Assembly: GCF_006345805.1 (NCBI RefSeq)
Contig: NC_043007.1
Location: 74,710,001 to 74,774,000 of the forward strand
Length of the DNA: 64,000 nt
From: Octopus sinensis
Lineage: Eukaryota
Reading direction: 5' to 3'
In this document: positions 38,571-52,590 of the stretch, one piece after another
Layout of the letters: each line of letters opens with the position of its first letter
Numbering within the stretch: position 1 is the first letter of the stretch
Position numbers and translations under genes: made by a program
The notes under the pieces: model-generated
Seen by the model: the letters and a program-made list of their open reading frames with translations, nothing else
What the model was told of the DNA's origin: nothing
Database searches by the model: none

Positions 38571-40080
38571 ATGTATTACACACACACACATTTATTTTTT
38601 ACCAATGATTTGATGAATCCAAAGGCTGCATCATGCACCAGTGTCTGCTTGCACATGGTTTCTACAGCTGGATATCCTTTCTAATGCCATCCACTTTACA
38701 GCTTTGCTGGGTGCTTTTTGTTTTTCATGACACCAGTGTTATTGAGATCACTACGCAGCTTGCAAAGTGTACGAACCCCGTGGAAGGTGAGGCGGCTTTA
38801 TGTTACGGGCTGAGAATGGAGGGCGGAGCAGGTTCTTGTAGAAGAGCTGCATGGTTCCTCACACATTTACTCAGGAAGAAAAAGAACGATCAGAATGAGT
38901 GGTGAAGAGATAGACGGAAGTGATAAGGTGTCCATGTGGTCCCTTAGGGCACGAAGTGAGCAGAGGTAGTTGGATGAGGACAGCCAGCAACTGTAACATG
39001 TCGGGTAAAGTTTAAGGGTAAATATCAATGAGTCATGAGTTGGGAAGGAGAGAGGGATACAAAAGAGAGTATATGTGTGTGTGTGTGTGTGTATGTATAT
39101 TCTTTTATATGCTTCAGCCCAATGCCTGTGTTTATGCTAGAGCACCGCCAGTGTAATCACCTTTACAATGGCCATTCTTATGCAATTGGCTTTTAGGAAA
39201 GGGGAGAGTTTGACACTATTGCCCTCTATATATCATCATCACCATCATCATTTGTGTGTGTGTGCGTGTGTGTGTGTATGTTTATGTGTGTGTGTGTATT
39301 AATTTTTACAAAAAATAGATTGGGAATGATTGTGAAGTTTCAACTTACCAGGCAAGCTGAATCTTCGGGGTTTCAGCTTACAAGACCCCATCCCCACCCC
39401 ACCTCACCCACACATACTAAACTTAGCATCTTCAAACTGTAGGTGTACACAGATGTATGCTAGTCAATTTTGGAACCGTAATTTACGAAACATAATAACC
39501 ATAATTGCTGTTATGAATAATATATTCCAAAAACCAGACAGTGGAATCAGTTTGTGGACATATTTTCAACCATTCTATTATTGATCTGTGTTTGTTTTTT
39601 ATGTCCAAACTATTCTAGAAAAAATGAAGATGAAAGCTATTTTTCATTGTGAAAGGAATCCAGTTGATTTGTTTTCCATCTTCCTTTGCAGATGACAGAT
39701 AAAGAACGACAACATATTTATAGTATAATAATAGAGTATTTACAGGCTTAGAGAAAGTTAATCAGTTTACATGTGTCTTCTATTACTTTAACCTTTTGCA
39801 TGTCCTGTGTATCACATGCAATAGAAAATATTTCCCTGATGTCCATGCATCATGTGTGATAAACAGTGTCCCTTTCTCTTTTTTTTTGTGTGTGTGTTTT
39901 TTGAGGGTTTTTTTTTTCTTTCAACCACCAGATGAACTTGGGACTTCTAAAAGAAAAAAAATTATAATACCCAGAGTGTATGAAATAAGGAGTCACTAAA
40001 ATTTTGAAGACAAGCATGAGCTTTTAGCATGGGTTTATGAAAAAGCTTTGGATAGGCAAAGGGTTAACTGTTAGCAAAAA

Positions 40081-40468
40081 GGCGTAAGAGTGGCTGTGTG
40101 GTAAGTAGCTTGCTTACCAACCACATGGTTCCGGGTTCAGTCCCACGGCATGGCACCTTGGGCAAGTGTCTTCTACAATAGCCTCGGGCCGACCAAAGCC
40201 TTCTGAGTGGATCTGGTAGACGGAAACTGAAAGAAGCCCATCATATATATGTTTATATATATGTATGTGTGTATATGTTTGTCCCCCCAACATCGCTTGA
40301 CAACTGATGCTGGTGTGTTTACGTCCTCGTAACTTAGCGGTTTGGCAAAAGACTGATAGAATAAGTACTAGCTTACAAAGAATAAGTCTTGGGGGCGATT
40401 TGCTCGACTAAAGGCGGTGCTCCAGCATGGCCACAGTCACATGACGGAAACAAGTAAAAGAATAAAAC
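40081..40468 (+). mobile_element. SINE family A
   Basis: Full-length match. Confidence 0.85.
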
Positions 40469-41257
40469 CTTTGACTTTATCTGGAATAAGAATTTTCAGT
40501 TAGAACTCCTTATTCTTTGGCACCATCCAGAAGTTTTCTGTCAATGAATTCTTTTATTCTTCTGCTGGTTTCAGTCCTTAGACTGTGGCCATGCTGGGGT
40601 ACCACCTTCAAGGTTTATAGTTGGTCATATTAACACTAATATTTATTGCAGTCTAGCACTTATTTTATCAACTCTATTTGTTGATAAAATACAGGACATA
40701 AAAGAACATAAATTATAAGCATAGACACACAGACACACACATGTGTGTATGTGCACGTGTGTGCATACTGTGTGTGTGTATTTGTGTGTGTGTGTGTGTG
40801 TGTTAGCTGAGTGTCAGTGATTCAATCTGATCAACTGAGACCAACATTGATGAAACCAGACAGTTTGCTTGTGCAATTTAATTATAAATGATTTAATTTG
40901 AAATGCAGTGAAGAGTGAATCTGTTCTTTCATGTGATATGTCCTCTGTCACTTCAACCATTCCTGTGCTGATTAAATTTTGGCTGAAAAAGTGAAGGTGT
41001 ATGGCTTAGTGGTTTGAGTGTTGCACTCATAATCACAAGATCACAGTTTCAATTCCTGGACCAGATAGTGTATTGTGTTTTTGAGTAAAACACTTCAATT
41101 CATGTTGCTCCAGTTCACTCAGCTGTGAATAATTCTGTGATGAAGTGGCATCCCATTCAAGGAGAGTATTGTAATCTCAGTCCCTTATACCCCATGGAAA
41201 TCAAGTAACTGACCCTATGGCTTCTAGAACTTGAGATGGTAACTTAAAAAATGGCAG

Positions 41258-41690
41258 AATTGCTGTGTGGTAAGTAGCTTGCTTACCAACCACATAGTTC
41301 CAGGTTCAGTCCCACTGCATAGCACCTTGGGCAAGTGTCTTCTACTATAGCCTCAGGCTGACCAAAACCTTGTGAGTGGATTTGGTTGATGGAAACTGAA
41401 AGAAGCCTGTCCTATGTGTGTATATATATATATATATATACACACACGCACACACATTTATGTGTGTGTTTATATCTGTGTTTGTCCCCCCGCCTCACAC
41501 ACACATCACTTGACAACCAATGTTGGTGTGTTTATGTGCCCATAACTTAGCGGTACATCAGAAGAGACCGATAGAATAAGCACTAGGCTTACAAAGAATA
41601 AGCCCAGGGGTCAATTTCTTCAACTAAAAGGTAGTGCTCCAGCATGACCACAGTCAATTGACCGAAGTAAAAAAATAAAAGAATATAAGA
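41258..41690 (+). mobile_element. SINE family A, CpG-decayed
   Basis: Full-length match with most CG changed to TG or CA. Confidence 0.85.
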
Positions 41691-41691
41691 T

Positions 41692-41945
41692 TAGTGGTTC
41701 TCAACCAGTGTCTGTATGACCCTTGCGGTCCATATAAGATTTTGTTGTTAAAATTTACATGCAATAAACTGGTTATATAATTACAATACAAAAAGTGTTT
41801 TAACAATTTTTTATATACAATTCCTAATAATATTTAATTATAAAAATATAATAGGATTTTTTAAGACATTGAATGGTTATGGGGTTCCAGGGGAGTAAAA
41901 CAGAAATCAGAGGGGTCCTAAGGCAAAAAATAGTTAAGAATCATT
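41692..41945. mobile_element. Decayed hAT-Charlie-type MITE
   Basis: TIR-like ends TAGTGGTTCTCAACC / AGTTAAGAATCATTA around an AT-rich interior. Confidence 0.55.
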
Positions 41946-42129
41946 AGTATAGATATTATTTTCTATAGTTGTTAGATATAGTTATTGTCTAATATAATTA
42001 GACAATAATATGGTTATTGTCTAAAACGATTTCTTGTCTATAATTTACATGAGTTAATGGGGGAGACTCTGTGTGGTCGTTCAGCTTACTAGAAATAGCA
42101 CCCACCCAAACCACTTTTATCTCTTATCT

Positions 42130-42510
42130 ATACTTGTTTCAATTTACTGTGGCCATGCTGGAGCATTGTTTTGAAGGGTTTTAGTCAAACGAATCTACCC
42201 CAGTACTTATTTTTATGTCTGGCACTTATGCTATTGGTCTCTTTTGTTGAACTACCTAGTTATAGGGACATAAACAAACCAACACTGGTTGTCAAGCTGC
42301 TAGTGGGGGACAAACGCAGACACAAAGATGCACACAAGTATACAACAGGATTCCATACAGTTTCTATCTGCCAAATTCATTCACAAGACATTGGTTGGCC
42401 TAAAGCTACAACTGATGGCACATGCCCAAGGGGCCATGCAATGGGACTAAACCCAGAACTATTTGGTTACAAAATGAACTTCTGAACCACACAGTCATGC
42501 CTGTACCTAG
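42130..42510 (-). mobile_element. SINE family A, decayed
   Basis: Reverse-complement match. Confidence 0.75.
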
Positions 42511-43632
42511 CTATTTTACTTGGAAAAGAGGGAAACATTGAATAATGTAGTAAAGATTATTTGCCAACATAACATGGCAGTCCTGGTTTAGGACGAATGT
42601 TGCTGTAATTTAGCCCCATGAGACATCGTCCCCAACTGGCTATTTGACATGATCTGTGTCCATACATTTTTTTTCTTTTCTTTTTTGAATAATGTAATCT
42701 GAGATATGATTGATTGATTTTAGTTTCAGCTCATGAGCTGTGGCCATGCTGGGGCACCGCCATATGGCTGGGGCACCGCCATATACTATGTCTGAAAAAA
42801 AAAAAGAAAAACGAAAGACAGGACAGTCATAACTGGAACACTTCTGATCATAGATCTCTCTTTGATTTGGATTGACTCAAGGTTAATCAGCAATAACAAC
42901 AACTACAACAAGTATTACATTTCATAATTGGCACAAATTCACCAGCTAATGCTTTTAAAAAGTCTAGACAATCAGACAGTCAAATAACTTTGTAATTTGA
43001 TCTTTGAAGAAACCAGTAACTCAATGTCAAAGCTTTCTAGGCAAAATAGTTTATTTTATTTAAAAATTAAAAATAATAAGAAAAACGTTTTAAAACCATC
43101 TAGATGGTATTTAATGAAGTGAGATATAAAAATCATAGAATAAAAATAATGTAAAGGATTAATAGTATCAAAAGTAATCAAACTGCAATAATTATTTGCA
43201 TCTCTTCACTATTTTCCTCATTTGCTGCCAACTTATTTTCTCATGAAAAGCTAATCTTTTATGATGCTCTTTCTGTATTCTATGAATAAAAAAATATCAA
43301 ATGGTTGCTGTGTGGATTTTTTTTCCCTTTAATGTAATAAAGATAGCTTTAAAAGTCAAGGGAGTGGTTGAAATTAATCCACATTCATTGATTATATTTT
43401 TAGATTCTAAACTAGAAATATAATTAAAAAAAAACTAAGAAAAGATAGGATTACAATTATTTGAAAACATGAATGCTGTGATTTTCTTCATAAGAAGTAC
43501 AATATAATGGGATTTCTAGAGAATGGTATTTACTGATGTATAAAAATGCAAAAGATCTCATTTCATTAATTAGGTTCATTAGTGTACATTATTATTATTA
43601 TTATTATTATTGTTGTTGTTGTTGTTGTTATT

Positions 43633-44087
43633 GAGTGAGAGAGCCGTGCATGCCATCAAAGTGACACTGGAGTGAAATATATGAAGCTCGAAGCCCGGTA
43701 TACCCATCATGATTACCTGTCTAAGGCACATCACACCAGGCACATCACAGCCATATGTGTGCGACATGTTGATCTCATATTAAGATTAACAGCACGTGAC
43801 CTTGCAGGTGGGGCCCAGTTAGAATTTTCTCCAGGTCAAGAATCCCACCCTGCTCAAAAGGTCCTGGAATAAGGGTTGTTTAAGGATGTTGAACGAAACA
43901 CCTATGTTTTCAGAAGTGAATTATCCAAACCCCAAAGAATCCCTCTCAACACATGACTATGATGCTCCCCCACTACTTCTGCTCGTGGTCAGAGATGCAC
44001 ATATCATCAGCCACTAAGGAACATACTAAACTGGTTATGGTCAAACAACTGACAAGCAAATCTGTGGTACTGAGCAGAATATTTGCT
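43633..44087 (-). mobile_element. Retroposon family E, copy 2
   Basis: Homologous to 11668-12175. Confidence 0.75.
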
Positions 44088-44277
44088 TGCTAGCAGAATT
44101 GTAAGCATACTGGGCAGCATTTTATCTGTTTTTATGCTCTGAGTTCAAATTCCACCTAAGTTGATTTTGCCTTTCACCTTTCAGGGTCAATAAAATAAGT
44201 ACCATTTGAGCACTAGGGTTGATATAATCAGCTTAGACCTCCCCCAAAATTGCTGGCTTTATACCAAAATTTGACAC

Positions 44278-44324
<47 letters not shown>

Positions 44325-44399
44325 GTAATATTGTTGCTGTTAAAAATGATATTAATATTATTATTGTTATTATTATTATAAGTAATATTGTTGTTGTTA

Positions 44400-44680
44400 A
44401 AAATACTATAGACATGTCTTGAGGTTTGGTGACACAAAGTCTCTTCCAGTCTCGAGAACATTTCTGAGGATTCTTGCATAATACAGAAATGCACTTTTCT
44501 ATAGGTTGACAATGTAATTTTTCACTTCCAATATCTTTCAGCCTCATAGGTAGTAGTTTGGGTGTTGTGCCAAGTGCACTGATTACCACAAGAATAATTG
44601 TCATCCGAGATTGTAGAAACAATCTCTTCTTCTCTCTGGCTATGTCCTCAATTTATTAAATATCTTTGGCATTCACTATT
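44400..44680 (-). mobile_element. Second, older R4/Dong-like LINE 3' fragment
   Basis: IEDIAREKR...IILVVISALGTTPKLLPMRLKDIG, then after a frameshift KSAFLYYARILRNVLE. Flanked by (ATT)n at about 44278-44325 and (CTT)(ATT)(GTT)n at about 44680-44745. Confidence 0.75.
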
Positions 44681-44743
44681 CTTCTTCTTCTTCTTCTTAT
44701 TATTATTATTATTATTATTATTATTGTTGTTGTTGTTGTTGTT

Positions 44744-45510
44744 GTTACAAAATGCTTAGCAGCATTTTATCTTGTAAGTTCAAATTCCACTGAGGTTGAC
44801 TTTTTCTTTCATCCTTTCGGGGTCAATGAAATAAGTACAGGTTGAGTACTGGGGTCAGTGTAATCGATTAGCCATCTCTCCACTAATTTCAGTCCTTATT
44901 CCTAAGTAAAAAGGATTATTATTGTTATTACAAAAAAAAAATTAGCAGCATTTTGTTTGTCTTTACATTCTGAGTTCAAATTCTGCTGAGATGACTTTGC
45001 CTTTTTATCCTTCTGGGGTCGATAAAATAAGGATCATTAAGCACTGGGGTCAATGTAATTAATTAGCCATCTCTCCTCAAATTTGAGTCCTTGTGCCTAA
45101 AGTAGAAAGGATTATTATTGTTATTACAAAAAAACTTAGCAGCATTTTGTTTGTCTTTACATTCTGAGTTCAAATTCTGCTGAGATGACTTTGCCTTTTT
45201 ATCCTTCTGGGGTCGATAAAATAAGGATCATTAAGCACTGGGGTCAATGTAATTAATTAGCCATCTCTCCTCAAATTTGAGTCCTTGTGCCTAAAGTAGA
45301 AAGGATTATTATTGTTATTACAAAAAAACTTAGCAGCATTTTGTTTGTCTTTACATTCTGAGTTCAAATTCTGCTGAGATGACTTTGCATTTTTATCCTT
45401 CTGGGGTCGATGAAATAAGGATCATTAAGCACTGGGGTCAATGTAATTGACTAACCATCTCCCAATAAGTTTCATGTCTTGTACCTGTCATAGAAAGAAT
45501 TATTATAATT
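44744..45510 (+). repeat. Tandem array of about 195-bp units derived from SINE family B
   Basis: Units start near 44744, 44927, 45123 and 45317. The last three are near-identical. Confidence 0.9.
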
Positions 45511-45511
45511 A

Positions 45512-45720
45512 TAATTACTTCCACCTTAGGAAAGGTGGAAGTATTGTTTTCAGTCGTGTTTGTTTGTTTGTCTGTGGACAAGATATCTCAAGAACCACTG
45601 GATAGATTTGAATGAAACTTTCAGGGATGTTTGGCTCCATGACTGGCACAAACTGGTTAGATTTTGGGATCGATCCAGTACCAGACACAGATTCTGGATT
45701 ATTTGTTATATTTACTTTAC
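45512..45720 (+). mobile_element. Helentron-associated element, 5' part
   Basis: Terminal hairpin TACTTCCACC-TTAGGAAA-GGTGGAAGTA followed by (GTTT)n. A related 3' part occurs at about 46235-46447. Confidence 0.55.
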
Positions 45721-46774
45721 ATGATTATGATCTTACGTAGATGTTCAAGTCTTTCTCAATTATCACCCTTAAGGATGTTTCCAAAGTTTTATTTTCTTTT
45801 CCCTATTATCAATTTTACCTGTGTCTCTATTTTAGTAGAAACTGATGGATAAAAAAATCAAGCTACATAAACAAACGGCAGCAGAATCACTCAGAAATTA
45901 AATAACATAAAACATATTTATGATATGTATATATATATTATATAATATACATAATTATTAACATTTTACAATATACTTATATACAAACATCTATACATTG
46001 ATCTAAAACAACAAGAATACTAAAGGAAGTCTGGAATTTAAGAGAAGAGAAAACCAAAAGGTCTCATGCTATTCATTTAAAAATACCTGAGTAGAACTTA
46101 TTATTATTATTATCTCTGCCTTTGAAACTATTTTGAATAGTGAATTTGTTAACTTTGGCTTGTATTAGATAAGGATAAACTATTTATTGTTGTTACTAAA
46201 TTTTCTACAGCCACCTTCACATTCCATGACTACCATTGGGATCGATCAGGTACCAAACAAGGATTCTGGGTTATTTTTCTGGGTTTTTTTTTACTTAATT
46301 TTTGAGAGTTCATTTTTAGTATTCTCGTCTGTGAGAGCAGTCAAGTTTATTTCAGATATTCTCATTTTAAAAATCATCCCTGACTAATCATTGAGAGGAC
46401 GTTGGCGTTAACTTGTCAGAGGTTTGCACTCTCTGAGTACTCTTGTTATTATTGTTATTATCTTTATTATTATAAATATAGTCATCCCATTCTTGTAGAG
46501 TATATTTCTGATGTTATATTGAAAGTGTAATTACTTCAAAAGTGTAGAACATGGAGAAATGATGTACTGATTTACTCTATACTAAGTATTGGGTGAAGAC
46601 ATAGCTGACTGGTTAAGGAGTTCATACTGAGAATATTGGGTCATGGGTTCAATTCTACTGTGTGAAATTTTCTACAGGTGTTTTCTACAATAATCTCAGT
46701 GGTTAGTGAACTTTAGTATATGGAAACTATGTAGACGCCCATACATAATGCACACACTCGTACACATACATACT

Positions 46775-47101
46775 TTTCTTTTATCTTTTACTTGTTTCAG
46801 TCATTAGATTGCAGTCATGCTGAGGCACCACCTTGAAGAATTTTAGTCAAATGCACTTTATTTTGTTGGTCACTTTTTGCTGAACTGCTAAGCTACAAAG
46901 ATGCAAGTACACCAATACTTGGTGTCATGTGGTGTGAGAGATAAACACACACATACACACAAAATGGGATTCTTTCAATTTTCTTCTACCAAATGCACTC
47001 ACAAGGCTTTGGTCAGCTTGAGGCTATAGTAGGTGCCACACAGTGGGACTGAACCTAGAGCCATGTGGCTGGAAAGCAAACATCTTACCACATAGCCATG
47101 C
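46775..47101 (-). mobile_element. SINE family A, decayed
   Basis: Reverse-complement match. Confidence 0.75.
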
Positions 47102-47397
47102 CACCTACATATATATGTTTATCCTGGTGTCATGAAAAAAAAAAGGCACCCAATATACTCTGGGAGGGTATATGGCTGTAGAAATCAAGCCAAAAGTGAC
47201 ATTTGGGCTCAGTGCAGCTCTCTGGTGTATCAATACCTATCAAACTGTTTGTGGTTGATTCTGCTTGTACACCCAAAACACCCCTAGTAGTCACTAACAA
47301 TACTTAGCCACCCAGAATACACTGATATTCACTTGTGTTTATATGATTACATGAACCAACAATATATCATCACATGAACACACACACCCATATATAT

Positions 47398-47435
<38 letters not shown>

Positions 47436-47553
47436 TCAGGCACACATACATTTGCACATGTACATATATGTATTTTTATATCTATATGTACCCTCACATA
47501 TACATGCATATATATATGTATATACATGCACATACATATATAATACCATACAG

Positions 47554-47594
<41 letters not shown>

Positions 47595-48289
47595 CATGCA
47601 TACATGACAATTCAGTGCATCATGTTTATGTGTATATAAAGTTTAATTTCATTTATTTTATCTTGGATCATTCTTCTCGAGACATCATCAGATGCACCAG
47701 TAATCAAATAGTGTACTCAGATGAATAGTAAAAAATGGTTTCTGGACTATTAAAAATTTTAAATGCTACCTCTTATTCAATGGTTGTTAGTGTTAACAAT
47801 CTAAAACATTACTACTTATTCATTGGTATCTTTTACTATTAACATTCTCAAAACCTAAACATTTTTTCAGTGGTTGTTGAGATACCAGCAAGCTTGTAAT
47901 GACAAAGCTGAAAAGTTTAGAAATTTTGAAAACAAAATAAATGAAATTAAGTTTCATATACACATAAACACGATGTCTTTGGGAAGAATTTTCCTTGCAC
48001 TGAATTGTCAAGCACAGGATTGTTAGGACATCATATGATCATACAGCAAGGCTGTATATTAACTGGTACAGAGTTTTGCTCTTGCCTCCGTCAGCATTGG
48101 ACCAGAAAACAGGAGAAAAATAGGAAGGTATCTAATGATGCAGATGTGTGCATTCTGTTCAAGAAAACATAGAGATGATCAAGAAAATACATGGCAGTGA
48201 CAGTTTTGCTGCTGAGGGCCATGAGTTTAGTGCCAGTGATGGTTACATTTAGAAAGTGTGCAGAGATGATTCATTTAACACTGTAATTT

Positions 48290-48646
48290 TCAGAACCAAA
48301 CCCCTGTAATAAACAAGAACAGACGATTAAAACAATATAAAAATTTCGTTTTTGGATTTGGTTTGCAAGATTCTTTATATGAGTTCGTGTGTTGAATCAT
48401 ATTCTGTTGTGTCTGGGGAGAGTCATTTTCTTTTTGTGCCTTATAATATAACACACTCACCCGTAAAATTTCCACTTATTTCTTATTTTTATTTTCCTAA
48501 AATAGTATTGACTATTGAAAAAGTTGCCAGACGCAACAAAAATTTTAAGAAAATAAAAATAAGAAACAAGGGGAAATTTTACCGGTGAGTGTGTAATATT
48601 ATAAGGCACAAAAAGAAAATAACTCTCCCCAGACACAACAGAATAT
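48290..48646. repeat. Tail-to-tail inverted pair of a dispersed repeat
   Basis: Arms 48399-48503 and 48542-48646, 6 mismatches in 105 bp by my count. A solo copy lies at 18537-18669. Confidence 0.9.
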
Positions 48647-48922
48647 AAAAATTGATTAACAAATACTGAAGATTTAACAAAATTATTATGACAAGAGATT
48701 ACATCAAATAACATCAGAATTGAAATAAAAAATCTATTGTGAAGATTTATTTCTTTATTGCATATGTATTTCCTTCAGGGTTGTGTCTTAACTTTGCTTC
48801 CAAGATGTAAATGAGAAAAGATAGTGGAAGAGCATATAGTTCCAAGAAACTTAAGGAAAGCAAAATGATAATGAGCAAGGCTATAAATGTCATGCATATA
48901 TATATATATATATTGTATGTGT

Positions 48923-48973
<51 letters not shown>

Positions 48974-49074
48974 AATATATGTATAGTATGTATGTATGTA
49001 TGTATGTATGTATGTATGTATGTATGTATGTATATATATATACATATGTATATATATATATATGTATATGTATA

Positions 49075-49105
<31 letters not shown>

Positions 49106-49177
49106 GAATGTATGTAAGTATACATATATATGTTTGTTTATGTGTGTGTATGTACATGCATATATGTATGTATATTC

Positions 49178-49220
<43 letters not shown>

Positions 49221-49527
49221 CATATATATATACATGTATGTGTAACATGTCTAGCTCCCAACACATGTCCAAATTCCTACACCTGAACTTTAAGACAGGC
49301 TTATCCGAATGAATATTACATGCCAATTGACGTCAGAGACCATGTGACCCTCTGGAAATATGCCTAGTACAGTTTAGAACATTTAAAACCATTATCAGTT
49401 ACTTCATCTCAGTTTGCTGATGGTGGCAACCAACTGAAAGGCCAACTGGACTAAACATACAGTTGGACCCAGATAAATAATACTTCTTGTTTGTTAAACA
49501 CCCATACACACCCACACCCACCCACCC

Positions 49528-49558
<31 letters not shown>

Positions 49559-50519
49559 CACACACACATATATATATATATATACTCTCAGGCACACACA
49601 TACATTTACACATGTACATATATGTATATGTTTTTTTATATCTATATTGTACCCTCACATACACATGCATATATATGTATATACATGGATATACATATAT
49701 AATAGCATACAGATATATATATAGATAAGTTGACATAATATAATGTCTAAAAGTTGATGAACCACCTATTGATTCCCTCCATTTTCTTATTGCTCTCTCT
49801 TTCTCTCTCTCTCTCTCTCTAGATAGGCACAGAGAGAGTGAGAGAGAGAAGAACAGAGAGAGAATGGCAGAGAGAGATAAATGCTTGCATACATGACAAC
49901 TCTTCTTGCCAAACTCTTGAAGGGAAAACTTATTACTTTAAGGCATGAATTCAGAATGCTAAGTGAAAACCATTATCAGAGAAAAATATCTACCCAGGCC
50001 AGAATAAATCACAAGTTTGCTTCCAATCCACAGGCATGATTTGTTGCCATTAAAAAAGCCCTTTCTTAGGAAAATCTTCAATCATTCTGGTCTAAGATCT
50101 GGATTGATAAGAGAGATAGATGTTAACCAGAAAACATCATGACTAAATACAGTTAGGAACGAATACCATACCAACATCAACAGCAAAACATGTACAATCA
50201 ACCCCGGGTCTTTCACCATAACAGTAGGCAAACTACAAAATGGGAAGGTACCTGCAAGAGGCCTAATAATTGGATACTAGTACAAGATGCTGACCTTCTA
50301 TAGAAACTACTTGTACTTGTAGCGACATTCACCCTGGGCGGGTTGAGTCGGCTTCTTCCTTGGAAGAAGTTTCGTGGGAATATGTGAACCCAGAACCATG
50401 TGGTTGGTAAGCAAGCTACTTACCACACGGCCACTCCTCTGCCTATATAGTGAGAAAATGCTGAAGAAACCTTTTAACGTTCGACTTTATTCCTCACTCA
50501 TGGGTGCTGATGTGTCTAC

Positions 50520-51060
50520 ACCAGAGTTTTTAGTCAAATAAATCAACTCCAGATACTTATTCTATTGACCTATTTTGCCGAACTGCTAAGTTATGAGGAT
50601 GTAAACATACCAACACCAGTTGTCAAGCAGACGTGAGGAACAAGCAGACATAAAGACACACATACATAGTTATATACATACATATGATGGGCTTTTTTCA
50701 GTAGTTTCTGTCTAGTAAATCCACTCACAATGCTTTGTTCAGCCTGAGGCAATAATATATTTCTTTATTGCCCACAAGAGGCTAAACATAGAGGGGACAA
50801 ACAAGGACAGATAAAGGGATTAAGTCGATTACATTGGCTCCAGGGTAAAACTGGTACTTTATTTATCGACCCCGAAAGGATGAAAGACAAAGTCGACCGC
50901 GGCGTAATTTGAACTCAGAATGTAACGACAGACGAAATACCGCTAAGCATTTTGTCCGGCACACTAACGTGTCTGCCGACATTTACCCAACGTGCTATGC
51001 AGTGGGACTGAACTCAGAACCATGTGGTTGGGAAGGAAGCTTGTTATCACACAGCTACAC
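50520..51060 (-). mobile_element. SINE family A with a nested family-B SINE (50758-50980)
   Basis: A-family halves flank a minus-strand B copy. Confidence 0.7.
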
Positions 51061-51802
51061 TTGCATTTTGATTAAATTATCTTTTTGTCTTACAACATCC
51101 AGTGTCTTACAATCTCCTTTATCATTAAGTTTTCACAAAATATATGTCCCTGAGTAATTTTTTCTCTAATCATTCTTCCATAAAATATGGTACAAGATGC
51201 CGATCAGCAGCCAGCTGGTCATCAAATGTCTAGCACCATAAGTAACCATGTCACCAACTGTCATCCACTTCGTTTCCTTGCTCATCTCTCACTATTTGTC
51301 CTATTTCTATTTTTTCCACAGATTTTGTCTTCTTTTCATTATTTCTTATCATTTACTATCATTTCTGAATGATTCAATGCAGGCTTACATAATAACATTT
51401 GTTAAAGACAACACACTTGATAATAAACACTATTACCTCCTCTCTTTGATGTTACACATTAGTGTAATTCTTAACTATACTGATCTTTCTTAGCCAGCGC
51501 CAGATTCCACATGCACACACACGTGTATGTGTGTAAGTATGTATATATATATGTTTGTGTATGTATACTGTTTTTAGTTTCGTAAACAAGAGCAAGAGTA
51601 CTCCATACATGCTGTAGTGTATATTTTCTTATATGAAAATGGTGATTCATTCTGTCTTTATTCTTAGTTTCTTATTGCAGACAACAATGGACATGAGTAG
51701 CACTAGAATGAGTCACCAGCTATGAACACACACACACACACACACATGCATATATATATATATATGTATGTATATATATATATACACACACATACATACT
51801 TC

Positions 51803-51842
<40 letters not shown>

Positions 51843-52590
51843 CACGCACATACATACTTCTATATACACACACACATATATGTATATATACGTCTATGTG
51901 GGTGTATGTGTCTATATATACATATATATAAACACATACACCCACATAAAGACACATATACCTGTATGTGCACCCACATACCAGCACACATCTTTATGAT
52001 GTCCACAAATACACAAGACACACCATTGCTTTCTTCTTTAAATAATCATCTGTTAACATTAGGGAGAATCATAGCAGACAGAGGAAGAATTTTAACTTTT
52101 TGACATGGAAAAATTTTTTAATTCTACTATATCAGAAATATCAGAGTCATCACAGTAATAGTACCTACTGGACATGTCCATTACCTGACAGACAAAATAT
52201 TGATTTTAAATTTTGATACGAGGTCAGCAACATCAGGGGAGAAGGCTAGTTTATTGCATCAACCCTAGTGCTCAACTGGTACTTATTTATCAACCCCCAA
52301 AATAGATGAAATGTAAAGTTGACCTTGATGGAATTTGAACTCAAAATATCAAGATGGATGAAATGTCACTAAGCATTTTGTCTAGCATGCTAACAGTTCT
52401 GCCAGTTTGATGTCTTCTGGCTGGCAAGATACAAAGATCTAATGGGTGGTGGATGAAAAAGTTGATTAAAAAATCTTGTTAAGTACCAATACACGAAACT
52501 CTCAGCCTTTGAGGCCCTCTATAACTTCTGCCAATTAAATAATAAAATATAAACTTATATATAAAATATATATATATAGTATATATATAT

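Noticed and set aside
39685-39750. Acceptor-like sites (39685, about 48776, 51680, 59974) as candidates for RyR exon 2
   Set aside because: Phase-0 translations hit stops quickly and show no RyR similarity.
44744-45510. Regular repeats (also 55350-55540) superficially like a CRISPR array
   Set aside because: Eukaryotic context, no unique spacers and no cas genes. The units are SINE-derived tandem copies.
48145-48260. MIKKIHGSDSFAAEGHEF, resembling the RyR AAEGFG motif
   Set aside because: Flanking residues do not match RyR exon 2, there is a nearby in-frame stop, and no phase-0 acceptor.
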